This document shows positions 9,628-21,760 of a stretch of 33,923 bases of DNA, in pieces. The DNA is from Octopus sinensis (taxonomy: Eukaryota). The first letter of the stretch is position 1, and every line of letters begins with the position of its first letter. Position numbers and translations under genes: made by a program. The DNA lies in NCBI RefSeq assembly GCF_006345805.1, contig NW_021831930.1:1-33923 (forward strand), read 5' to 3'. The notes under the pieces are model-generated. The model was not told where the DNA came from. It was given only the letters and a program-made list of their open reading frames with translations, and searched no databases.

Positions 9628-11158
9628 TATATAACTTTATTAGTTGACAAAATTTACTCGTACTAAGGTGGTGACATTGGCATAATTGTTTGAATATCGG
9701 AAGAAATTTCTCGTTATATTTATCCTGAATGTTTACTTAATGGGTTTAATTCCCACCTAGGTGAAACATTTCGTTAAATTCTTAACGAATTGAGTCGCTA
9801 CAAGAGAGTCAAATAACGAGGTCGGTTTACTCGCCTGACTCCTCGTTCCAAATTGCTGGTCTTGTGCCTAAGTTTGAAATGACTATTAAGACCATTATTA
9901 TCTGGAGAGTCTAAGAAAAAAATGATGTGAGGAATTCTATAGCATAGTACAGTACAGGCGTGCCAGCCATCAATTACGTGTATGATTTGGTAATATGTGA
10001 CATGTTTTCGCAAAGAACATGGATACCCTCTTGGCCTCCTCAAACTGTGTGCGTGTTTGTGTGTGTATGTGTGTGTGTGTGTGTGTAGAATATCCAGTTG
10101 ATGACAACTGGAGGGAGAGGTGGTTCCACTAGTACTCATCAGGGGCTCCATTTTACCTCTGTAAACTGAAGTGCTTTGCTTATGGACACAAAACTTTCAT
10201 TCGATCAAGAATTGAACCCACGACATCATGATCATGTGTCAAATATCTTACCCATCAGTTGAGCTCTATTAGTGTTTTCAGGTTATTTCATTTGCCTTTA
10301 AGCTAGAGGTTTGAGTTCGTTTTTTAATACTAGTTAGCTAATTACGTGTTACAAACGTGTAATTATCGAACTAGTTTTAACCACACTTTATTATTATTAC
10401 TTGGTTCGTCGGTTAATTATTAATACAACAGCAAATAACTATAATTAGTTAAAATCCTAGTTGTTTGCTCGACTTAATTAGTTTGTCAGGTATATTACTG
10501 TCTTGTTTTTAATTATCTAGTTTTGCTAAATTAATTAACTTGTGTTATTGTTGGTTATATAACTAACAAGCTGCTTAATTATTTTTGGTTAATTAAAAAT
10601 GTGATAACCTTTTTAATTAGTTTATTGTATATTTAATGAGTTAATCTAATAATGTAACTAATTAGTTAAATATTGAGTAGTTATAGTTATATTCAATTAT
10701 TTGTTATTTATGTTAATCTCAATAATTGGTTAAAATATTTTCATGTTATGTATTTAATTATAGTGGCGTCAATTAATTAATTTGTTCTTTAATTCTTAAT
10801 TAACATATGACCTTACAACATGGTGTTTCATGACTCATTCAGATATAAAACATCCAATGTCCCTAACATCATATACCGGCCTCTTAGCATCATATACTGG
10901 GGATCTAAAGAGGTATCACTCACCAACATCCAATACCAACAGCATATATCAGCCACTTAAATAATATCATCCACCGATATCCTATACCAACATTAAATTG
11001 TTACCTCGAATTTCCTGTAACCAATTATCAAAATCTTGTTATGTGTCTGATGATCGGTTATATGTGACCCTGAGTAACGGTTTCTGCTATTTATATGTAT
11101 ATATATATATATATGTCTGAGTTTGTGTGAGTGTGTGTATATATATATATATATAATA

Positions 11159-11520
11159 GGCGCAAGAGTGGCTGTGTGGTAAGTAGCTTGCATACCAACC
11201 ACATGGTTACGGGCTAGCCTGGAGTCGACCAAAGCCTTGTGAGTGGATTTGGTAGACGGAAACTGAAAGAAGCCCGTCGTATATATGTATATATGTATAT
11301 TTGTGCATATGTTTGTATATCTGTGTTTGTCCGCTCAACATTGCCTGACAACCGATGCTGGTGTGTTTACGTCCCCGTAACTTAGCCGTTCGGCAAAAGA
11401 CACCGATAGAATAAGTACTAGGCTTGCAAAAGATTAAGTCCTGTGGTGTCGATTAGCTCGACTAAAGGCGGTGCTCCAGCATGGCCGCAGTCAGATGACT
11501 GAAGCAGTAAATGAATAAAA
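11159..11520 (+). mobile_element. tRNA-derived SINE family A, internally deleted
   Basis: ggcgcaagagtggctgtgtggtaag head, gaccaaagccttgtgagtggatttggtagacggaaactgaaagaagcccgtcg core, internal TA/TG tract and 3' module. Lacks the B-box segment present at 22294. Confidence 0.88.
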
Positions 11521-11607
11521 GAATAATATACATGTAAACATATGTTTTCATCCACACGTATATATGCGTATGTATATGTATACATCTGTATACTCAGACA
11601 CATGTAT

Positions 11608-11647
<40 letters not shown>

Positions 11648-12384
11648 GTATGTAAATGTATGTAAATGTACGCGCACACATATATATACACAGGAGCAGT
11701 ACCCTAATATCTTCCCATAAATAATAATGCTGCTTTCAAACAGCATAAATACTTCCGTATGTCAACATTTTCAGTATAAATGGAAGGAAAGACCCACCCC
11801 GCCTCATCACTTGAAGCCTATAATGACTAAACGCCCACCCGCCTGTTCATCCGTCCGTCCGTCCATCCATCCACCCGTCCATCCTCTCATAATACTATAC
11901 TGGAGCTATTCTTTCGAAATCCGCAAAATGTTTCGTTAAAACACTCGAAATTATTTTCTTGCAGATCATCATCATCATCATCATCACCATCACCATCATC
12001 ATCATCACCATCGTCATCATCATCATCATCATTATCATCATTATTACTGTTATTATTTTCCCTACCAAATTCCATGTCAATGTCCTATCAAACCATATTC
12101 AAAGAAAGCTGAGAGATTCCGGCTTCACATTAATTCTCACCCCCCACCCCCACCCGCCGTACCTTGCTACCGCCCCCACCCCACCCCGCTGATACCCGGC
12201 TGCACCCATTACCGTCCACCCATCGATAGCTGAACACGACTTTCTAAAGAAACAAAACATAATATTCTAATAATATATCTCTTTCAGCCAATTTCCATAA
12301 AAATGTCTTTTCCGCCATCTTGGATGGCTTGGATGATTTTATTTATATTTTAGTTATTTAATTTATAGTTTCTGCATTTCTCCA

Positions 12385-12506
12385 CATCATCATCATCATC
12401 ATCATCGTCATCGTCATCGTCTTCTTCTTCTTCTTCTTCTTCTTCTTCTTCTTCTTCTTCTTCTTCTCTTCTTCTTCTTCTTCTTCTTCTTCTTCTTCTT
12501 CTTCTT

Positions 12507-12538
<32 letters not shown>
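12385..12538. repeat. (CAT)n-(CTT)n compound trinucleotide microsatellite
   Basis: Long near-perfect TTC run preceded by CAT/CGT repeats. Confidence 0.95.
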
Positions 12539-12682
12539 ATCTTCAAATCCTTCCACCTCTTAACTGTCGTCATCTTCAGTATCAGTCGTTCTCCCAACGT
12601 CGCCATCATCGTCATCGTCACCTTTAACTTTCTCCTCCTCTTCATCTTCATCATCATCATCATCATCATCATCATCGTCGTT

Positions 12683-12890
12683 GAATTGGTACTTTCGTTA
12701 GCGCATTCGACAAAATGCTTAGCGGCATTTCTTCCGGTCCGGTTCTGAGTTCAAATCGTGCAGAGGTCAACTGTACCGTTCCTCGTTTCGGTGTCGATAA
12801 AAAAATGTATCAATCAAGTATTGGAGATCGATTCAAATGAGTTGCCCCTCCCCTCAAAATTGCTGCCCCTGGTGCCTGTCGTAAAACAAT
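12683..12890 (+). mobile_element. SINE family C, diverged
   Basis: caaaatgcttagcggcattt...ggttctgagttcaaatcgtgcagaggtcaac...gtgtcgataaaaaaatgta. Confidence 0.7.
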
Positions 12891-13479
12891 TATTACTATT
12901 ATTATTATTTATTTTGGTTTTGTTGTTAATTTTGCTCTCATTGATGTCAATAATATTTTTCTCGGTTTAAGAATGGTTATAATGGAATTTAGCTTCATTC
13001 CCAGAGAGAATTTACAATTGGTAATCCTTGGTCCACAGGTCTTTAATCTTTATTTTCTTCATTGTTTTAATCTAAATCTCTGAGAGTCTTCATAGTGTTC
13101 TTGTGGTTCCTGACCAAATAATGCTTTATCAGCCATCTTTTTCTCTTTTGGATTCCAGTTTTCTTTAACCGTTTTCTCCCGTCTCTTATACATTGGTTGT
13201 TTGGGAATTAATGATAGATGACGCAACAGACAAAATGTCATTAAGAATGATAGACTTAATAAAGTCACCCAGTTTAACACCACTACCTGGCTTTCGGGTG
13301 TCTTTAACGGTGATGCTTATATTCGGACCACATGACTGGTCTTTGAATAAATCTTTAGCCCTGCTTTCTTCCTTGCTGCACAATCTTTATTCTCAGTGAT
13401 TCCAGAAACAATAGTGAGTACTGTACACTCGTCTCTGATTAAAATAAAAAGACATGAAGTTATCTCTTAACATTAATCT

Positions 13480-13617
13480 TTTCTGTTTTAGTCTTTGGGC
13501 TGCGGCCATACTGGAGTACCGCCTTAAATGGTTTTAGTCGAACGGATCGCCCCCAGTACTTATTTATTCAAAGTCTGGTACTAATTCTGTCGATGTCTTT
13601 CGTCGAACGACTAAGTT
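13480..13617 (-). mobile_element. SINE family A 3' module fragment
   Basis: ctgcggccatactggagtaccgcc...ccagtacttatt...gtcgaacgactaagtt is the reverse complement of the family A 3' module. Confidence 0.7.
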
Positions 13618-14697
13618 TCTTTTTTTATGTCATCAATTGAAAAAGTAATGACTTTTGCCAACATAATGTGGCAGACCCAGAATGAGACGAATGTTACTGT
13701 TATTTAGCCCCAGGAAACATAGTTTCCAGCAGGTTATATGACACAAAACATTCTGTGTCCTTATATTTTCGAACAGGGGAGATCAGCAGCTCCACCCAAC
13801 ACAACCTCGCAGCCACGGACCGGTTTCTGGATTATTGCCATATATCAGCATGGAGTAGCTTGGTTGGATAGATGTCGCTACTGAATTACTGTCGAAAATA
13901 TATGGATTCCAAAGTGACACACAATCACTGATCTATTTCTAAATATTTCTATTAACAATCAATTGAAAATTTCTCCGAAAATCGATTTTTCCCTTCCATT
14001 CGTTCGTGATCGATAATATAAACACCAATCACGCCAAACAGGTTGTTTCACTGACCTTTCTACCTTTGTTTAAATATTTTCGTCTTCGTGGTATTTCTGA
14101 ACGTCAGGAGTTCAAGTTTTGTTGGGGACGATAAAACAATACGCACGTCACGAAATGGGATTTTTAATGATTCTCTTACAGTATAGCTTCCTCCTAAAAA
14201 TTGTGGGGGCTGTACCAAAATTAGAAACCATTGTTGTTGCTACTTGCGATTGCTGCTGTTATTTATAGGGTTGTTGTTATTGTCGCTGGCTTTATATTCT
14301 TACGGTCGCCATTTTTATTGACGGAGAATTTTTTTTTTATTGTCGTTGCTTCTGTTTTACTTTGCATTAATTTTGCTTGATTGAACATTTCTTAACGGTT
14401 TCTTACGTGTTATATCAGCTCCTTGTCTTCTGCACCTCGCATTTCTCCAGGACACACACACACACACATACACACACACATACACATACACATACACATG
14501 CACACACGTGCGCATATGATGCATATGCGTGTATGTGTAAATGTCTGTATATTCATTAATATGCGCATGCGTGCACAAACACACAACTACATGGAGACAT
14601 ATATACAATTAAATGTAAACATGTCTAAACTCTGAGTAACAACGTGTGAAGTTTTGTCTCCCTACACACACATACACACATACACACACATATATAT

Positions 14698-14769
<72 letters not shown>

Positions 14770-15902
14770 ATATATATATATTTGCGTGTGTGTATGTGTA
14801 TAAAATATGTATACTTATATATACATACATATGCATATATATATATATATATTATATATATATTATATATATATAATATATATATATATATACATATATA
14901 CATACACACAGACTCACGCAAACACACAAATATGAACATACATATATAGGTACTCCCACTGCTGTCTAACTAACAGGTGTCTATCTTTGAGGCAGTAATA
15001 ATCTTCAGTGTCATTATTTTTTAGGGGTGGCTGAATGAAAGCGAGTGTATATGTGGTGGGGAGTCTGCATGTGAAGAAGATATATATATATATATAATGC
15101 ACGTATATAAATATATGGTGGGGTGTCGAAAAATTCTTCAATCATTGTTTTAGTTATCTTCACTTCTTCCTTTGCCATTTTATTGCTGCTCATTCCATCT
15201 TACCGTTTTGTTTTTTTATTCCTTATGTTTCTTGTTTCCAAGAAGTTATTATTCTCAAGTAACTGCTTCCGGCTTCACAGTTGTTAAGATGTATAGAATA
15301 AGTGGTTGTGTGTGTGTGTAGAATATTTTTCAGGTGTATATTAAGATGTATAGCAATAATTGCGTGGCCAATGTGTACGTGAAGTATTGATTTTTGTTAA
15401 TGTGCATGGAATAAGCGTGTTTGTGTGTGGTTGTGTGTGTGTGTGTGTGTGTGGAATATTTGCATGTATATATTCAGGAGAGCGCGTACGATATTTGAAT
15501 GTGTATATTAACGTGTGTGAGTGTTTGTTTGTTTGTGTGTGTGTGTTAATGTGCGTGTTGAGCACCGGTTTTTGTTAATGTGCGTGGAACAACTGTGAGT
15601 CTCTGTGTATGTGTGTGTGGTAGTATATTTGCGTGTGTATATTGAGATGTCAGTTAATGGTTGTGCTCAGTGTTCTGTTGTTGTTTTTTGTGAATATATG
15701 TAGAATAACTGTGCGTGGAGAATGTTTTGAGGTTCTTGGCATATTCTATGTAGAATATAGATTGTTGTTGTTGTTGTTGTTGTTGTGTTGTTGTTGTGTT
15801 GTTGTGTGTATGTGTGTGTGTGTGTTAAGAGGTGTGGGAACTTTATCTAAGTACACACTAATGCAAAGAATATTTGTGTGCTGAAGTGAATGAAATATTT
15901 AG

Positions 15903-15971
<69 letters not shown>

Positions 15972-16960
15972 GTAGACAGACTGAGAGAGAGAGAGAGAAA
16001 GGGGAGAGAAAGAGGAGAGAGAGAAAGAAGAGGCGAGAGAGAATGGAGATGGAGGTGGGAGAGAGGAAGAGGTGAGAAAGAGAGGAAGAGGGAGAGAGAT
16101 GAAGAGGAGGAAGAAAGAGAAGAGAGAGAGAGAGAGTGCGCACGCGCGCTAAAGTGTGTGTGGAATATACGTGTATGTGCAGTAGAATGTGTGTTCATGT
16201 GTAGAGTATTTTGCTGTGTGATGTGTTTTAAGGTGCGTTGAATGTGTGTGTGTGTGTGTGTGTGTGTAGCAATAAGCCTGATTCCATTACATTGAAATAA
16301 AAGTCTGAATTTTGTGAGGAGTAAGTGGTGTGTGTGTGTGGGGGAGGATGGCGTTGTCATATAAGTTGATCCCCTCCCACTTTCCCTTGACCGATAAAGA
16401 CAAACATTGCCGGATTTCGACAGAAAACATTAACACTGTAACACCGTTAATCCGGCACAACTATTATAATAACGTGGTCATCAACAACTTTAAAAACAAC
16501 AACAGAATCCACAAAAACGACACTTTGCTGTTAAAGCGTTCATTTAGTAGTCATTTGATTGGCTAGAAACAGCAGTCTAATCTCGCTGAAATTCCTAATT
16601 CATCTCGAATAATTTAGTCAGAGGAAGTATGTTAGTTCCATTAACATTTTTGCTGAGACTTGGAGAATGGGTTGGGAAGTTGCACTGAAGGAATTTGTTC
16701 TGAGACAAGACACATGGCACGAATCCTTGTGGCACGGTGGACACGGTAAAGATACCTGCTGACCAGATGAAGTTTGCCACTTCTAAACACAGACAATTCT
16801 TTTGAAGGAATTCCACACGGTTTCCGTCTACCAAACTCAAATCAAATGGCTATGGTAAAGAACAATCACCCAAGAGGTTGTCCCTAATGTCTTCAAAAGA
16901 TTGTACTAAAGTAGTACTAAACACGGGTGACTTATTAGACGATGTAGTACATGACATTGG

Positions 16961-17480
16961 AAGGACATACAAGTATCCCGCCTGATGTGTCCCACTCGGA
17001 AAGACACAGGTATCCTACGTGATGTGTCCCACCCGTAAGGACACAAGTATCCCGCCTGATGTGCTCCACCCGTAAGGACACAAGTATCCTATATGATGTG
17101 TCCCACCCGTAAGGACACAAGTATCCTATGTGATGTGCTCTACCCGTAAGGACACAAGTATCCCGCCTGATGTGCTCCACCCGTAAGGACACAAGTATCC
17201 TATGTGATGTCTCCCACCCGTAAGGACACAAGTATCCCGCCTGATGTGCTCTACCCGTAAGGACACAAGTATCCCACGTGATGTCTCCCACCCGTAAGGA
17301 CACAAGTATCCCACGTGATGTCTCCCACCCGTAAGGACACAAGTATCCCGCCTGATGTGTCCCACTCGGAAAGACACAAGTATCCCACGTGATGTGTCCC
17401 ACCCGTAAGGACACAAATGTCCCGCCTGGTGTGTCCCACCCGTAAGGACACAAGTATCCCGCCTGATGTGCCCCACCCGT
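16961..17480. repeat. 37-bp minisatellite, 14 units with variant repeats
   Basis: Consensus AAGGACACAAGTATCCCGCCTGATGTGTCCCACCCGT. Unit starts are 16961, 17000, 17037 and so on to 17444. Confidence 0.95.
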
Positions 17481-17681
17481 ATAGAGATCTGTATCAATAG
17501 ATGTAGAGATCTCTACGGGTTGGATACATTGAATTTTGTAGTAATACAAGCGAAGAATTGTATAGTCAGTGGTATGGTCAGTTTAGGATGGCCTAGGGCT
17601 AACGATAAAAAAAAAACCAAACAGACACAACTGTCAGAACTAGTGGTTGTGGTGGTGAGGGTCAACGAGTGCGTCACTAAA

Positions 17682-17851
17682 TAGTCGATCGACCTGCTAG
17701 AAATCGCAGCCGCATCTACTTCATATCATTCACTATTGACTTGAGAAGGATACTTTAATGTAGTTCTCCATACACTACGGTACAAAAATATAACGGGATG
17801 GTCACGGTATGAAAGCCTTTCATCAATAGAAGTTTCTGGGGGTTAATCCTA
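17682..17851 (+). mobile_element. SINE-like repeat family D
   Basis: gatcgacctgctagaaatcgcagc...ggatggtcacgg.atgaaagcctttcatca motifs recur at about 20318-20495, 29325-29375 and 32735-32915. Confidence 0.55.
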
Positions 17852-17877
17852 GTTTCAATCGCAGCAACAAATTTTTG

Positions 17878-17948
<71 letters not shown>

Positions 17949-18285
17949 ACTACTACTACTACTACTACTACTATTACTACTACTACTACTACTGCAAGCT
18001 TTATGCGGTGACAACAAAACGTGACCTAAATTGTGGTCTGGGGCGGACCAGAATCTCGAGTTTCGTTGAGAGTGTGTCCGATTTCACGTGACAGTTCGGG
18101 TTTCGTTACCAATTCTGATTGCTTTTTGGGGAAATCGGACAACGCTCTTTAACCTTGAATTTTGTGAGGCACGGGAGTGGGGGTGGGTGGGAGGAGGGAG
18201 GCGAGGCTGCTTTACACACACATACAACACATACTGCAAATAACTAGTACACATTAGTTACACTCAGACTACAACTAATATATGT

Positions 18286-18583
18286 GCGCAGGTACGGCTG
18301 TGTGGTAAGAAGTTTGCTTTCCAATCACGTGGTTCCGGGTTCAGTCCCACTGCGTGGCACCATGCGCTAATATTTTCTATAACTTCGAGCCTACCAAAGC
18401 CTTGTGAGTGGATTTGGTAGACGGAAACTGAAAGAAGCCCGTCGTATATATATATATATAAATGTAAATATATCTTGGCCTGCTTGCTTAGCCAGCGGGG
18501 TGGCGTCATTTGAAGGCTGAAACAATGCGAAGCGCATTGTGACCAGCGATGTGTAGCAACTTCTGATAACCTGGTCGGTCACA

Positions 18584-18620
<37 letters not shown>

Positions 18621-18840
18621 TTGTGTGTGTGTTTATGTGTCTGTGTTTGTCTCCCCCCCAAAAAAATCGCTTGACAACCGATGCTGGTGTGTTTATGTCT
18701 CCGTAACTTAGCGGTTCGGCGAAATAGACCGATAGAATACGTACTAGGCTTACAAAGAATAAGTCCTGGGGTCGATCTGCTCGACTAAAGGCGGTGCTCC
18801 AGCGTGGCCACAGTCAAATGACTGAAACAAGTAAAATAGT
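18286..18840 (+). mobile_element. tRNA-derived SINE family A with a nested insertion in its internal (TA)n
   Basis: Complete head (ggctgtgtggtaag...ggttccgggttcagtccc), core and 3' module. An extra 114-bp segment at 18474-18587 sits within the microsatellite. Confidence 0.88.
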
Positions 18841-20317
18841 ATATGTATATAGAGAAGGAGAGGAGAGAGAGAGAAGAAGAGAGGGTGAGAGAGTAGAAGC
18901 AGAAGAGAACCAGAGCCTTAATATAGACGCATATCAGTTCCTGTCACAGTTGTTGTTGTTGTTGTTGTTGCTGCTACTGTTTTAGGTGGTTTCTTAATGG
19001 CAATGTTGGCGTTGGCGAAGGGGAATCTAAGACAGAAGGTCCTAAATACGTCGGATGTGACGGGTAGAGTGAGAGGTCAGCGTGTATGGAGACATTTTGG
19101 CTAGGAATGGCATGTCAGGATTGGTTTGACGGAGACACCTTAGCGATATTTCATCTCGACTTTTTTGCCTCTTACTACATCTGATCCTCCCCCCACCCCG
19201 AACTCCTCTCTCTTCCTCCCAACCACACCCCTTCATAGAATCTCTTACTTATCTGCTTCTCTCTCTCTCTCTCTCCTTCGTTTGTTTGTCGGCCTTCTAC
19301 CCAGTCACCCCACCCGTTCATCTATACGGCATATGTGTGCCTGATGCCACCACCAATTGTCTGTAATTTGAGACAGCTCCGGGTAGTATGTCGAGTCAAA
19401 ATGGTGACAACATAGAAGACAGCTTAACGGGGTGGATGGGGCGTGAAAGAAAGAAAGGAAGAAAGAAAGAAAGAGAGACGCAGGGAAATGGAGGCTGGAA
19501 AGTGATAGAAATAGAGACAAGAGAGAGTGGAGAGAGATAAAGGCAGAAACAGAATTAGCTACGTAGAAAGAATAGGGAGAGAAAGAAAGGGGGTTTAGGT
19601 AAAAACCCGTGGAAGGTAAATTGTCAAGCTATTTACAATTACCCGATATTTTGATAATAGAAATCGTTATTTAAATTCATCTAATCAACAATCTTCACAG
19701 AATTCGATATCTCTTCATAGCCTTCTGTTGGTAAGGATTTGTTACCTTGAAAAGGTTTCATAAGACTGAAACATATTCAGAGTTTTCACCCCTTCTTATT
19801 AAATATCAGACACGTCTACTACAACGTGTCACTATTTAAGTTTTAAACAATTTGAAATTACGAAGCTTTCTTCCTCGTTTAGGTTTTAATGACAAGAATT
19901 TTCATTAACTTTAATGACATTTCTCTTCTAATTACGAGTGTAATTACAAATAAATAACTTTGTTGCTGTTTCACTGTTACACTACATTAAATGTAATAAC
20001 CTGTGTGTATATGCATCTCTCTTCCTACACACACACACACACACACGCACGCGCATGCGCAGTTGTATAGAAAAACAAGCATTCAGAGAGTCTTGCAGTC
20101 AAGCTGATATCAAATGCCGGACAAATTCATAAAAATAAAATAATGTCGATGGTAGATGTAATCGATAATGTCACAGAGAGTAGTGTTCCAGCCTGGCCGC
20201 AGTATAATTAATGCGCGTGCGCACATTTAGTCCATTAATCTCCACTCTTACCACCACTCGCGCCCACCCCCATACTACCAGAAACAACACACTGACTCCA
20301 TATAGGCGCCTCTACGT

Positions 20318-20495
20318 AGTCATCGACATGATAGCTAGAAATAGTAGCTAAATCGCCCTCGAATCATTCTCTGAAATGAAAGGCATACTGGTCAATATAG
20401 TTTAAGTCCTGTATGTACAGACAGACGGCATGGTCACGGTGGGAACCTCTTTGATCAAAGGTAATCTGCAAAAGAGTTGACTTGCGAGTAAACAA
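20318..20495 (+). mobile_element. SINE-like repeat family D, diverged
   Basis: gctagaaatagtagctaaatcgccctc...catggtcacggtgggaacctctttgatca...aaacaacaac. Confidence 0.55.
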
Positions 20496-20644
20496 CAACG
20501 ATCCCGTCCCCACCATCACTAGCACTAACACCGTTGGAACCACCGCCATCATCAGCACGGATCACAGTGCTCTCCCCACCTCCAATCCATACCAATTTGA
20601 CCGTCAACACCATCTTCATTATCATTATGATCAACTATATCGAT

Positions 20645-20763
20645 ATCAACTCTGCCACCACCACCACCACCACCACCACCAATTTCACTTTCACCACCTC
20701 ACCACCCCCGTCTTCGCTATCGCCATCATCATCATCATCATCACCACCACCATCACCATCACG

Positions 20764-20814
<51 letters not shown>

Positions 20815-20824
20815 GTCGTCGTCG

Positions 20825-20916
<92 letters not shown>

Positions 20917-20943
20917 GTCGTCGTCGTCATCATCATCATCATC

Positions 20944-20974
<31 letters not shown>

Positions 20975-21045
20975 CCATCATCATCACCATCATCACCATC
21001 AGCAGCAACACCATCATACCAGTAATATCACCTTCACCACCACCA
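20645..21045. repeat. (CAC)n/(CAT)n trinucleotide microsatellite field (similar fields at 1897-2130, 3990-4062, 17878-17994, 26405-26540, 32950-33880)
   Basis: Read directly. Source of the poly-I, -S, -M, -H, -P and -V ORFs. Confidence 0.95.
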
Positions 21046-21760
21046 TGAACGCCATCTTCATTACTACACTTTCATAGTCACCATCGCTACTATCAGTTTT
21101 TATACTAACATCACCTGCACCATCACTACCATCACCACCACCAGCCTCGCCTGCCTCGCCAGCCTCGCCACCCCTTCTCAATCTATTCTTCTTTAATAGA
21201 ACGAGACATTCATTCCCGTGTTTGTTATTTTTTGATTGTTATTCTTTAAACAAACGTCAGACTCACCACATAGCGATCACATACCATCACATACCATCAC
21301 ATACCGTCGCATACCAGCGTTAACTACCGCATTCCAAGGCCAAAATATGACACACTTAAGCATCATCTAATTACCCCTGATGTGAACACGCTTATCCCTC
21401 ATCCTTGGAATTTACCTTCAACAGGCAGACCCCAAACTCAGCCGCTTTATTTTCCTTTCAAATGTTGTTGTTGCTCTTGCTGTTGTTGGGTATCACTTCG
21501 CTTTATGATAATCTCATTTAATCTCACCTAATTGTCTGCAACCTTTTAAAATCGTTCTCTCAGTGATTTGTGTGAATATTTTAGAAATACTTTCGTGGTG
21601 TGGATGGATGGTTTTGTCATCGAGGGGCGGGGCGGGGACTCACCCCCACCATCCACCACCTATGCTACAGTCTTTGTAGAATTCTCTCATTCAGGTTTTT
21701 GTTATACGTTTCCGTTTTTCTTCTGAATACACTCTGCCCCTTATTGTTTTTTCTTTTTTC

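Noticed and set aside
10090-10150. Minus-strand CTGATGA (gagcccCTGATGAgtactagtggaacc) next to an 8-bp hairpin
   Set aside because: No GAAA, no closed helix II and no helix I partner, so it is not a supportable hammerhead.
12960-13440. High-complexity segment with several 65-74 aa ORFs on both strands
   Set aside because: I recognised no domain, the frames are interrupted by stops, and there are no convincing splice sites. It may be an old transposon relic; BLASTx would be needed.
15290-15900. Irregular TG-rich stretch with recurring gtagaata-like motifs (similar noisy areas at 1-960 and 8200-8400)
   Set aside because: No stable period. It looks like decayed microsatellite or low-accuracy consensus.
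16961-17480. CRISPR-like appearance of the 37-bp array (also the 40-bp array)
   Set aside because: There are no unique spacers, only variant tandem units. No cas genes, and the context is eukaryotic.
16935-17549. 204-aa minus-strand ORF and overlapping ORFs (GYLCPYG repeats)
   Set aside because: They come from the 37-bp minisatellite. The period is not a multiple of 3, and the same peptides appear in all three frames.
18069-18148. 17-18 bp imperfect inverted repeat (agagtgtgtccgatttc / gaaatcggacaacgctct) as a possible pre-miRNA
   Set aside because: The roughly 45-nt loop does not pair and the stem is too short for a miRNA precursor.
18480-18515. Minus-strand GCC-ACCCCGCT-GGC resembling the HDV ribozyme P3/L3
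   Set aside because: No P1 with a G1 pair, no P1.1 GG at the right position and no P2 partner.
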